From assembly GCA_023213395.1 (NCBI GenBank), contig CM041465.1, positions 116,629,741 through 116,693,740 on the forward strand: a DNA stretch of 64,000 bases, in the 5' to 3' direction. The DNA comes from Cycas panzhihuaensis (Eukaryota > Plantae > Cycadophyta). Shown piece after piece: positions 24,271 through 37,140 of the stretch. A model generated the notes under the pieces. The model worked only from the letters and a program-made list of their open reading frames with translations, was not told the DNA's origin and did no database searches. Position numbers and translations under genes: made by a program. Each line of letters starts with the position of its first letter. Position 1 is the first letter of the stretch.

Positions 24271-25900
24271 TAATGCAAGTTGTTTGTATTTCATTTGCTC
24301 TATCACCCATGGACCAAACTATGTCTCTTTACTCTATTCTCCCCTCTAACTTGATTCTTACTCCTCTTCTTCTTCTTCCAATCCTTTAATAACTCCCTTA
24401 GCTTCTTCTAATCCTTTAATAACTCCCTTAGCCATTTTGGTCCTTTTCTTTTCCTTAGTAATTTGTAATATATATTTGGATAAAATAGCATCACTTGATT
24501 CTTACTCCTCTTCTTCTCATTATCTGTAAAGAATATTTGTTCTTGTTTATAAATGAAATGATCATCCTCCTAGTTGCTATATTTCTCTAGGTTATTTGGG
24601 CCATGTTTAATTAGAGATAACCTTACGATTTTCATATATATAGATGTTGTGCCATTTGACTTATAGTACAGTGGTATTGTCTTCTTTAGATAATAGACAC
24701 TAGAATTTAGTGGCCTATATACCTTCTCTATTGCATGTTATCCCAGGACACCCTAGTATCCTATCTGAATTGAGCAAGGTTGATAAGGTGCTTTTTTGAA
24801 CTCAATATTTAGTCTCTTTCTCATTGAAGATAAATACTTATAGATTTCCATAAAGAATAGTCTATTAGTAGGATGTTAGGGTAGATATAATGTTAATCCA
24901 TGTTAGTATAACTAGATAGTAGTATAATATTTGAATAAATAAAAATCCCTATTGGCCTTATTCTTTGTTCCCTTCATCTATGTTTCGGCATCCCCTTATA
25001 TTTTAGATATTAGGATGATCAAGTGGGATAAAGCATATATCAAATCATTAACTAATGTATAAAAGAAAAGGTGGGATTTTTGGTCACATACCCTAATGGA
25101 TTAATATTAGATTGGTAGCTCATCTGTCTAAGGATTAAATAGAAATTTGGAAGAAACACACATGCCTAATATTATATACATCAAGTATAAACTCATATAA
25201 AAACTCTTATATAAGGGGAGATCCTTCAACTACCATAGTATGATGTCACTAATAATTAGTGCTAAGCCTAACAAATAATCTCTTTTAAAGTATTGAGCAA
25301 TAAAGAATGTAAGTAGTAGATTATGTTGAGAATCATCTAGGTAGCTAAAGAACTTGGATAAGATAATAATACAAAATCTAATATCATCTCTAAATAGTTA
25401 TATTTTAAGTCCTTCCCTCTTTTGATTCCTCTTAGGAGATGCTACCATCTAAATAAATATCTCCTTGGCCAACTTACTATCTTTAGAAATTGATCCCTAA
25501 AACTTTTATTAGTTAAAAGGAACCTATGATTTTAGCAAATTGAATATCTTCCTCAAGTGATATGGTCTCAAGTCAATTATTAGGATTTATTTTAAGTTGA
25601 GAATATTCTTTGCATCTTCTCTTAGACATTATGCAACAATGATTACTTCTTTAGGACATGAAAAAACTTTAGGAATTATCCCAACTTGAGCCAAACCAAT
25701 CCTCCACAATTTTACCTATATTCGCTCCTCCATTTTAAATAACCTATCTTCTAGAACCTTAGGCCTACTCTAGTATCGTTAATGATGGGAATATTGATTC
25801 CATTCTACTTAATACTTGCTAGATTGATAAACTTCTTCCCTTCTAAATCTTCTCGATCCCAATTGTCAAGTACTCCATTTCATCACTATTTGCTCTTAGG
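23200..25900 (-). pseudogene. Degenerate extra ORF of unknown function (N-terminal globular part, acidic linker, coiled-coil C-terminus), sense to pol; boundaries approximate
   Basis: Minus-strand coding-like text (LWRIGLAQVGIIPKVFSCPKEVIIVA about 25710-25630; EEEE repeats about 24350-24520). The coiled-coil part is duplicated at 53309-53509 (MVEKTIKNVG...LWDIFNRILNIQTRVKGLSEEITNV). Confidence 0.55.
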
Positions 25901-28900
25901 AATTATGTCCTCTTAGCTTCAATTTAATTTGTGTTAAAATAATGAACAAAGAGGAGGAAATATGTTGGTATAATTATTATGACTTATTTCAATCATGAGG
26001 TATGCTTCAAGATTCCATCATATTTGTTGCATATCATATGATTTGATATGTATCAAAGATTAAATACCTCCCTTTGTACTAGCAAAATAGACTACCAAGA
26101 TGCAATCCAAGATTTAATGATTTAATTAAGGTAAATTAATTAAAGACCTAAATTTAAGTTCCTTTGATTTAATGTTGGAACATAGGAATTCATCTTTATA
26201 AGGGCTCTCTCTTATAGGTGTTAAATTATTTTGTTGTGAATTCAAATTCTAACTTATCAACTCATATTCATATTACTTTGCAAAATCGTATTCCTATCCT
26301 AATATATTTGAATGAACTAACTTTGTATAGGATAACCTTATATAGGACTCCATTTGTTCTTTGTCTTCTATTTTAGTGTTACTTATAAAAAATAATCTCC
26401 TACTAATTATCTTAGTTTCTCCTTTACCTCCATTCATTACAATCCTTTAATGGGTACAAAACTTAGTTTCTCCTATAAATTATTTTCCTTATAAGACTTT
26501 CCTTTGTTGGGGAATACTTTTGGATAAACTGTCTTGTAGAAGAATGCTTTTGTAGGGAATCTAGATTATGGAAATCTATATAGAGGCTCCCTTGCAAAGA
26601 CCTTTCTTCCACAATAAAAACATCCCATAGACTCTTTATTTAGGAAATTAAAAGACCTTGACATTGTGATGATCTTCATCTATTTCCTCTTTTAGTCATG
26701 TTCAACAATTATTATTACATAACTACATAATAAAACTAAACCTCCTCTTATACTATTTCAATCCCCAATGCTATCCTAAAATAGAGAAAGCTTTAAAGTT
26801 ATGTCCTAAAGGGGTAATATAATCCTGCTCACTTTGAATCACTCCTAGCAGGTGATTTGAGGTAAAACCTTATTCTAAGTTTATAATTATTCTATTAATA
26901 TCATTCTCCTCTCCTTTATTAAAACCAATAAGTACTAATGCATTTAAGACTAGATGTAAAGGGAAGATTTCTTCTTTTCCACATCTTAAAAGAAATAAAG
27001 AGAATTTTAGGTCCTCCTTAGTTATAGTTCTATCTACCTAAAGACCCTAGTGAAGCTTCATTTACTAGTCTTGTTGGTTCTACCTAACTATCTTTTTCAA
27101 AATTATGATGAGATTTTTATTTATTAATTTTTCTAAAGCATTTCCTTATGGGTAGTAGTTTGAAAATGCATTAAAAAAGATACCATTTTTTTTATAAAAG
27201 TTGATCATCTCAATATAAGTAAAGGCTACTATATTACTAGATACAAGAAAAGGAGGTATGCTAAACCTTAGCATTTTTATTTCTTGTAGGAAATGAATTG
27301 CCACTTTGGAAGTAGCTTGTTTAGTAGTAATGGCCTTAGTCCATCTTGTGAAGTAGTTAATTATAGTAAGGATAAACACATGACACCTACTTAAGGGTGG
27401 ATTATTGGGACCTATAAATTCTAATCCCTATTTATCAAAATATTGATCAATATAAACTACCTTCAAAGGCATCACACCTAACTTCTAGTTACTTGTAAAC
27501 CTCTAATAAGCCTTACAACTTCTTATCCTTTAGTGTGTATCTTTAAATACTATAGGCTAGAAGAAATCATCCCTTATTATTTTATGATCCATTGCCTCTA
27601 TTGAGAAGTGACCTCCACAAACTCTAGAGTGAAACTCCTCCATTAGTTCTTATTCTTCATTTAGGGTTAGGCACTTCAAAAGCACTCCATCATGGTTTTG
27701 TTATTATATCTCTCCTTGAATAAGCATATAAGAAGTCACTCTTATCTTCAATAATCCTTGTCCCCTTTTGTCTAGATGGTTAGGATACTTGTCATTCTCT
27801 AAATAATACTTAACATCTTTTAGGAAAGAATAGAATTCATGGTTTGCCTCTAAATCTATTGCATTTATTAATCTTACCTCTGTTTGCTCTATTTCTTGCT
27901 TAACTTCTATAAATTTCTACAATTTATACTTGACCATAAATTTACATAAATCTTATCCCTTAACTATCTTTATAAGCTTAATATCAAAATCAAACTCTTA
28001 AATCTTCAATAGTCATTTCACCTATCTCCATTGAAGAGTTGTCTATACAAGTAAATCTTTGACTAGAGCTAATAAGACATACACTACTATGTGCTTATGT
28101 ACAATGTAGTGTTTAAAATCCCTAATGACTTTTACTAAAGTATAGGCCTATTTTTCCACCTTAATATACTTGAATTGATATTCTTTATAGGCCTCTCCTT
28201 GTTTTCTTCATTCATCTGGCACAACATGGTCACATGGGACCCTTCTTATGCATATGCATATGCATATGTGATGAAATCCTTACTAAAGTTAAGAGCTATA
28301 AGTACTAGGGCCTAAGTTTTTGTTTGTCTGATCTTTTCAAAAGATTTATAGGCTAGTTGAATCCCACTTAAAAGATGTATCCTTATTTAATAACTTGTTA
28401 ATAAGCAATGTAACATTGAAAAAGTTTGATACAAATCTTCTAAGAAAATTTTCCTTATCAAAGAAGGATTAAAGTGCCTTTTGGTTGGTAATAAATGATA
28501 ATTCCTTAACTACATTTATTCTCTCACAATTAATACATATACCATCCTAATTAATAATTTTTATTAGCAACTTTCCCTTTATAACTCTAAAGATAGTCTT
28601 CTTTAGATCAAGGAAAATCTCAAACTACCTACATCTTTCAAAGACTTACTCCACATGCTTAATGTGATCTACTTTGTTCTTGCAAAACATTGTTATGTCA
28701 TCTAAATAGATCATAATAATAATAAAGCCTAGGCCTTTAAAAGACTTATACATAGCTCTAAAATGTATTTCCCCTACATTAATTATCCCAAAGAGCATCT
28801 TCTTATATACAAATGTTCCTTATAAGGTGGTGAAAGTAGCCTTGTATTAATCTCTCTCGTCCACTAACATCTAGTTAAAACTAGATAATCCATCTCACAA

Positions 28901-29183
28901 GGATATCATCTCTAACCCCATTACTATTTATAATTGAGGCAATGGATAATTGTCTCTTAATGAATGCTTGTCAAAATTCTAAGAGTTTATAGAGAGACTA
29001 ATCTCTCCATTACTCTTTCTAACTAGAATAAGGATGGCTACCTATTTTGAGAAGTAAATAAAGTAGAAAATACCTACATCTTTTAGTTTCTTAATTTCCT
29101 TCCATATTAGATGCATAATTTTTAGATTTATAAGCCTCTTCTTTTGTTTAAAGGGTTTAGTATTAGGATTAAGATGAATTTTA

Positions 29184-32100
29184 TGTTAAAATCTCAAACA
29201 AGAATATTTGGAGAATGAGTTCTTACCATTGAGGGAGGGAATGCCTCCTTAAATATACATAACAAATTGTAATAAAAACATCTCTAGATAGCACATGATA
29301 GACAAGTGTATAATCCTTCATTAGGAGCTACATAACAAGGGTCTAATAACATTACTCCTAAAGAGTTATAGGATAAAACATTATATTCTAGCACCCTATC
29401 TTAATGTTTTATCTTTTTTGGTCCTATTTTCTCTCTAAGAATTTGAAATCTATCTTTATTAAGTGGTTTTGTTAGAATGTCTACAACTTGCTCTACTGTA
29501 GGACAATATGTTATGTTAATTTATTTACTTTGCATCTTCTCTCATATGAAATGATGATGTAACTCTATGTTCTTTGTTTGTGCATGGAGAATAGGATTCT
29601 TGGTCAATTTAATTACACTTTTATTATCATAATTCAATATTATTCACCCTTGCTACTGTTGATCTAGATCTATTAGAAGTTATATCAACCAAATTATTTA
29701 AATTCATGCATTGACTATAGATTTTTATTTAGTTTTTATTAAAGAAAGTACAACTATTCCCTGCCTTTTATTACTCCAAAAAATAGTGGCAGGTCCTAGG
29801 AAGAAGTAGTATCCACTTATGTATTTTCTTTTTTCTTTATCTCCAGCCCATTCTAAGTCATAGAATCCTGACAATTGAGGTGATTTCACCCTTGGATGGA
29901 CTAGTTTCAAATTAATTGTTCCTTTTAGATACCTTTGTATTTTATTTTCTTACTTTCTAATGTTTTACCTTTGGCTTCTATATGTACCATAAAACTAGTC
30001 TCATAGAATGTGAGATGTCAGGCCTAGTTGTAGTGAGATAGATTAGAATACCAATCAACTATCTATATAGAGTAGCATTAGCTTAAGGTTCTCTTTCATT
30101 AGAAACCAAATTATAATTTATTTCCATGGGGGTTGCACATGGGTTGCAACTTTCTATTTGAAATTTGGTTAGTAAGTCTTTGATGTACTTACTTTGGAAT
30201 AGTATAATTAAGTTCTTACTTTGACCAAACTCTATTCCCAAGTAGCAGCTTAGAAATCCTAAATTGGTCATTTTAAATTCCTTATCTAGTTGACTCTTTA
30301 TATTTGAGACTAATTCTTCATCACTTCCTATAAGAATCATATCATCTATATACATAATTATTATCATAATTAGACCATTCCTTTTTCTTACATATAGGCT
30401 TGAGTTTGAGCCATATTGATGAAAGCCATTTTGATAAAAATGTTAGTCCAACTTCATATACCAAGATGGAGGAGCATGTTTTAATTTATACAATACCTTC
30501 TTTAACTTGCATGCAAGGTGTTCCTATCCCCTTTTGATTTAGCCTTCTAATTACTTCATCTAGACTTCTTCCTCTAGTTCCCCATTCAAAAAAGCACTCT
30601 TCATATCTAACTAGTAAATTTTCTAGTTCTATTGATCTATTATTGCAAACATTGTTCTAATAATGTTTAGTTTAGACATAAGAGAAAATATTTTATTGTA
30701 GTCTACCTTTGTTATTTAAGTTTAGCCTTTGTAATAAGTCTTACTTTGTGTTTTTTTATTTTTCCATTGGCACCTTCTTTGACCTTATAAATCCATTTAT
30801 AATTAACCATTGATTTATTAGGAGGCAAATCAACAAGGTTCCAAGTTTTGCTTTTGATAATGGAATTAATTTCAACATCCATTGCTACTCTCTATTTAGT
30901 CTGCTCTTTTGCTTCTTCAAAGGATTGTGGTTTAATATTATCATATAAGGCTTGAGGATTCTAAATTTTAGTCATATGGGTATATATATCTCCCTTTCCT
31001 TCTTTGATAATTTTGATGTATAATTTTAGCACTCTCTTTTCTCTCTTAGATTCTTCTTCTTTGGATAAGACTTTGGGGGACTATTCCTCTTCTTTAGGTG
31101 GTGAGTCTCCATGAGATATATGTGTGGACAATGATTCTTCTAGGATTTCCTTTGAGGTTATTCCAAACTCTTCTTGCATAAGAGTTCCTTCTTGAGACAT
31201 TACTCTTGGCACTTCTTCAATTATTTAAACTAGAGATTTACTTTTAGTCCCACTAGCTATTCCCCATGTATTTTTTTCTCTTATTAATGTCTCCACCTTA
31301 ATTTTCCAAATATGATAGTTGGAGTTGGTTAATTTATCTTGATCACTTAGGGCTAGTATTAATGATACTATTTTCTGAAGAGGAAATTAGGTCTGAGATG
31401 ATCTAACTATACAAATGTCTTTTATAGGGATTACTAATCTATAAATATTTTTTTAAATTAACTTTTTGTTTGGGAGATAATATACCTAAAAATAGAAAAT
31501 ATATGGCTAGGGTTTTAGATAAAAGCACTTCAAACTTGAAAATTTCTAAACCAAACTCAACAAAATCTATCTTAATGCCTTCAAATTACTCAGACACATA
31601 GATTTCGAGTAGATTTACCTAAAATTTTGAGAGATTTTTGTAGGAAATTGATGAGAAAATGCTAAATATACATGGATTATTAAACAACCTAAAACTACTT
31701 TGAAACAACCTCAAATGACTTCAAGCCAGTTGGAAGAAATGATCATTATACTATGATATACCTACTAGCCAATTTTTATATAATTTTAAGCACTCTAAAA
31801 AATTGCCATCCACATAGGTTGATTTTGTAGTCTTCTTCTCTTCTCCTAAAGATTCAACTTCTTTGTTATCTCCACTACATGCTTTAGCCTATGTATATAC
31901 TTTAGTGTCATTCATAATGACTAAACTTCCTTTTCTTCTTCTCCCTTTTAGGAAGTTAAATTAACCTACTCTAATACCATGTTAAAATCTCAAATATGAA
32001 TATTTACAAAATGATTTCTTACCATTGAGGGAGGGAATGCCTCCTTAAATATACATAAGAGATTATAACTAAAACATCTCTAGATGACACATGGTAAACA

Positions 32101-32189
32101 AGTGTCTAATCTTTCATTGGGAGTTACATAAGGAGGGTCTAATAACACTACCCCTAAGGAGTCTTAGGCTAAAACATTATATTCTAACA
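29184..32189 (-). mobile_element. 3.0-kb internally deleted Ty1/copia (gag N-terminus fused to RT-RNase H)
   Basis: LTRs 29184-29393 and 31980-32189 (210 bp, TG...CA). TSD TTTTA (29179-29183 / 32190-32194). Met-type PBS 31979-31968 and PPT-like tract 29405-29394. RT YIDDMIL; RH GFYDLEWAGD. Confidence 0.93.
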
Positions 32190-32265
32190 TTTTATGTTAT
32201 ATTACATTCATATTAAACCCTTATAAATCCTCATAAGGTTAAGTTAAGATATCTTGATATTGTTT

Positions 32266-35200
32266 TGTTAAAATATGTGACTATAATACCTAATGTAAAG
32301 TGGGTCTCCTATTTTTATGCCTAATTATATGGAGGAATAGTCCTGATTGTGGTGACCTAATGGATGTATTTATACTTATATTTGTCACTTTAGATCTATA
32401 AATATAGATCAAAGTCCATCCTTATAATATATCATTTTATCATAATGTGAATATTATTCATTTGTGGGTTTTCACCCATAAGGGTTTCCCACGGTAATAT
32501 GATGTCCCGTGTAATCTGCTTCTGCTTGTTATCTGCTTGATGTAAAAGATCGTATCGACCTTGTTTGCTTCAGTTGCATTTTCTAACATGGTATCAGAGA
32601 ATGTAGGTTGTGCATAGGTAGATGAATATTGTTAGAGGTCTAATCGATGGTGCCAGGTCATGCTAGCTTGCCCTTAGCAGATTAGCATGCCTGGTAATGC
32701 CACAGAATAGCCACGGTAGTGTAGATGATCACTGTGGATCCCAGGAGTCTTCTATCGATTGTTTGAAGGTATTTTAAATTACATGGAGGTGTGCGGATGA
32801 GCGTTGACTTCGTTGCTAGCCATGTGAGTGTTGTTTGAGCCTGCTAAAGGTGTTGAATCCCTGTTTGATGTTGCCATTAAGTTTGGATGCCCTATAGTTG
32901 ATTGCTAACCCCTTATTACCAGCAGGAGAGAGCAGAAACCCTAGCTAGCTAGTTGTAGAGCCACGAAAATAATATTACGGTATCATATCATAATGTATAC
33001 TTAGTATATTTATTACCCACTTAATATTTAGGGGTTGAATAAATATAAGGTTATAAGAGGCATGATTGTATAATATAAATGCCCTTTGGTGTATTTATAT
33101 CATTGTCATTTCCCTGTTCTATATTATGAGCAGTCCACATGTTAAATCACTGTGTGATGTTATAATTACCTTTGTATAGTGATATATTATAGTCACCCAT
33201 ATATTACCACCTTCATCACTGTGTTGGATCACAGATATATGTTCATTTATTGGTTTAATATTTGTGCCCACATAATTTAATATTTGTAGTCTCAGTGATT
33301 AGTCAGTTGTTTATTTGTTCATCTATGATGATAATCATCGATTATTTACTGTTCGACATCGCTGTGATGAATAGTCAGCCACCCATGTTGACTATATTAA
33401 TTCTGATGATATTTATCTTTGTGTGATTAATATAGATCCATTTATTTATATTAGTCATCTATATTGATTAATGTCGCCCAGCCGTAAATGAAAAGTCACC
33501 TATATATTTAATGTTGTTCTTCACTATCTGCTCATATTCCCTCATCTAGAATATACACTACCTATGTGTGATTTGATCAGTTATCATTCTTTCACCACAG
33601 AGATATATGGTATATGTATGTGGGTTTGCATTGTAGTTTGCAGTCCGCGTTATATAATAGTTTCCAGTTATAATATAGTCGATGCTCTTATATATACAGT
33701 CACCCCTGAAAATGTTACAGTTATGATTATGCTGTCATCTGAATAAAGTCACATGTAGATTTGCGTCGATGTCATCACCCATTGATATATTATATATCAA
33801 TATTAATGTTGCCCAGATTTGCTGCTTGCTGTCATTACAGTTGTTTGTCACCAAATACAAAGACAATGTTTAATATATCATTTTGATATATTTCTTTTCT
33901 AATGTCACTTTTTATTATAAAGTCACCACCTTCTTTGATATATTATTTCAGTGATTTGAGAATACACTTTGATATATTAAGTGGGTCTCACTTTTGAATG
34001 ATAATATGAGATGAAGTGATGGCATAGTGGGTGATTATATGGTGTACTTTCTTACATGTGATTGTATGATGTTTGGCGATGAGGCTCTCTTGTGTGTAGT
34101 GTACATAAGTGAGTTGTGTAAGTTGGGTAACAAGAGGCATTTAAATGTTCTTCGTATGCGAGTGCATGAGAGAGCATTGGTGGCAAGATAGATAATCTAA
34201 GATAACATTATGCTCCTTGAGTGTGCATTACATGAAGGAGTTCTATAGGTGATGAAGGGCGATGATGTATGCTTGTTGCATGTGATGAAACATGGAAAGT
34301 TTAGGCGAGAGTTTCAGTAGGTTGAGAATAGGTTGTAAGGGTGATAGAAGGGAAAAATTGGGTGAATTTGATAGGCAGGTTGAGGGTGTGATGGGCAAGA
34401 TTAGGTAAGATTAGAAGAAGATGAGCATGTTTGAGATACTCTTAATTGCAACTTAATACAAACTCTGTTACTATTTGAGTATGGCATAGATCATTGCATA
34501 ACAAAGTTCACGATTTATATGATTATTCAGTGAAATAAGTGGTTTATTAAATGATAAGAGTGTGGTTTATTCTTGTATACATTCGAGTTTAGTTGCATCA
34601 GATATATAAGGTGATGAGGTTCAGAATTTGAGTGTATGAATGGTTGTTGGACCATTATACTTTACTAGATGGACTGATGATAGCATGAGATTTGTGCCTT
34701 GTTTGATGCTGGTTCAACATGGGTACATATCTGAACAAGTCTAATGTGGAACTGAGATAGTATATTTAATAAAATTTAAAGTGTGAATGGAAAGGTCTAA
34801 GATGAGATGCCTTAAAATCAGTGATGCCTTGACATGGTATGTACAGTTCACCTATAAGGTTATATTATAGGTGGGTATCATGATGTAGATGGTGAGGTTT
34901 GGTGCATGTTTTGGTTTGCCTCCCATGGTTTGATGGCAGAAGCTATAGTAAATAGGTATGGGTACCCCTGTTATGAGTATTTATGGCATGCATTCCCCTC
35001 ATGTGTTTTGTGTTTGGACTAAGTCAGAAGCCTTCCATTCATTCCTTAGTGCATTAGAGTGCACACATCTTAGATGAAGATTGCAATAACAGGATTGTAA
35101 GCATTTGAAGCTTATGAGTTATTTAGCTTACAAACAGTGTGATCTATAGGGGAAATGCATTGTGATCAGTCTAGATGTTCAGTTATAGAGTTGTTGATGT

Positions 35201-36307
35201 ATCATGTTGAGTGGCATTTGGTTACAAGTTTTATCTTTCATTGCTTTACTTTTCTGAGTTGTTATTTAGTAGGTGTGGAGGTTTGTTTGCCTAACATTGT
35301 GCTTGAGATAGAAGTAGGGCCTAGTGACAGATTGATGATGAGGAGCCGTTAATTAAGTAGACATGGATTGTAACCCCATGTTTCATTGATAGTTGAAGAC
35401 ATATAGGATGATGGAAGATCGTGGATTAGCATGCCAATCAAAGCTTGAGATAGATACCAACATTCTAGTGAGTACATATTCACAATGGAGAGCTGTATTA
35501 AAGTAAAGAACCTAGTTGATTTGCAAGTTTGAAGACTTTTTATACATGTGATCTCTAACAGGAAGAAGGATTAAGGTATGATGAGACATTTTCACTAGTC
35601 TCTATGTTTCTTTTAGTCCATTTGATCCTTACTTCAGTAGCTTCAATTAGTTGGGTATCATATTGTATCATATTATATTAGTGTTCCTTAGCGAAAACTT
35701 GAAGAGGTGATTCACATGACTTCAGTGGCTCAACCTCTTAGTTTAGTTAGAGGAATATAGTTGAGTTGAATGGATGAAGTATTAGGCGCAGAGAGAGTTA
35801 TATGGTTGCAGGTATGTTGGAGCATTTCCAAATAATCAAGCACATGTGAGGCATGGCACCATTACATCCGAGTGAAAATCACTACATCGACATTCATGCA
35901 TATTGGGTTGGGTAAGGTTATCCTTGAAAGGGAATTTATTCCCAATGATAATCCTTGTTGCCCCATATTTACATTAAGAGGGGATGTTAAAATATGTGAC
36001 TATACCACCTAATGTAAAGTGGGCCTCCATTTTTTATGCCTAATTATGTGGAGGAAGAGTCTCGATTGTGGTGAACTAATGGATGTATTTGTACTTATAT
36101 TTAGCACTTTAGATCTATAAATATAGATCAAAGTCCATCCTTATAATATATCATTTTGTCATAATGTAAATATTATTCATTTGTGGGTTTTCACCCGTAA
36201 GGGTTTCCCACGATAATATTGTATCCCATGCGATCTACTTTTGCTTGTTATCTACCTGATGTGAAAGATCATGTTGACCTTATTTGCTTCAATTGTGTTT
36301 TCTAACA
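32266..36307 (+). mobile_element. Non-autonomous copia-derived (LARD-like) LTR element, 4.0 kb
   Basis: LTRs 32266-32588 and 35985-36307 (323 bp, about 90% identical by eye). TSD TGTTT/TGCTT, PBS TGGTATCAGAG 32589-32599, PPT AAGAGGGGA 35976-35984. Only a faint RT relic remains (QEEGLRYDETFSLV...LILTSVASISW, about 35560-35655). Confidence 0.9.
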
Positions 36308-36749
36308 TGCTTGCATTTAGAAAGAATTTCTTCTACTTCTTTCTTTGAGAAAACCTTGTATACTAAAATAATTCTTAAGTCTTCTTCTATACTTAAATTA
36401 TAAGGGATTAGTTTCTCTAATATCCATCTCAAAGACTCTTATTACATGTCTTTCTCACTAGTAGAGTCATAGGGGTTAAATTAGTCTTCTAAAGTAATCA
36501 ATCCTTTTGGGAGTGTTCTATTTTTAAGACCTATGACCTCAAAATATGTACAATCATCTATATATTCTTTATTGATTGTTGATGATATATCAAATACATA
36601 TATACAGAAGCTAATAAAATCATATACTTGGGATAAAAACTTTAATTCCTACTCATCATCTTAAAAGATCTACCAGTGACTAATATTATTAACCATTGTC
36701 GATATAGTAATGGTCTCTACAATTCTTCTCTTCTTCCCTACTACATTAG

Positions 36750-37140
36750 TCTTGTCCAACAATGAGGTCACTACTACTAAAGAATTAGTAAATTGATTCT
36801 CTCTCTCAGTATATGTTGTATATTGAAAGCTTCAACGTAGTCCATCAACTGTAGTACTCTTAACCTATAATCTGTCAACCTCTCAAACTTTATCTAGAAT
36901 AAGTCTCTAATATATAACATGGAAAACTCCAAGTCTCCAAATACCTTTAACATCTTCACTTTCATGTCACAAGCCTTTTGTAGTTTAATTATTAGAGCTT
37001 TATATTTGTTTGTGTTGTTGGTACATTTAAATGCTAACTTATAAGAGAATAGATTGACTTGTATTATAGGGAGTATCAATGCCACACCTACCCCTACCCC
37101 AAACCTAGATTTGGCACCATCAAAGCATAAAATCCACATG
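36750..37140 (-). pseudogene. Additional archaeal-type RNase H (aRH) domain
   Basis: WILCFDGAKSRFGVGVGVALILP...YKLAFKCTNNTNKYKALI..L..ACDMKVKMLKVFGD is the RNase HI-like aRH motif set of Tat elements. Confidence 0.9.

Noticed and set aside
24349-24520. 30-bp direct repeats as a CRISPR-like or satellite array
   Set aside because: Only two adjacent copies with no unique spacers; a local duplication in an acidic coding linker of a plant retroelement.
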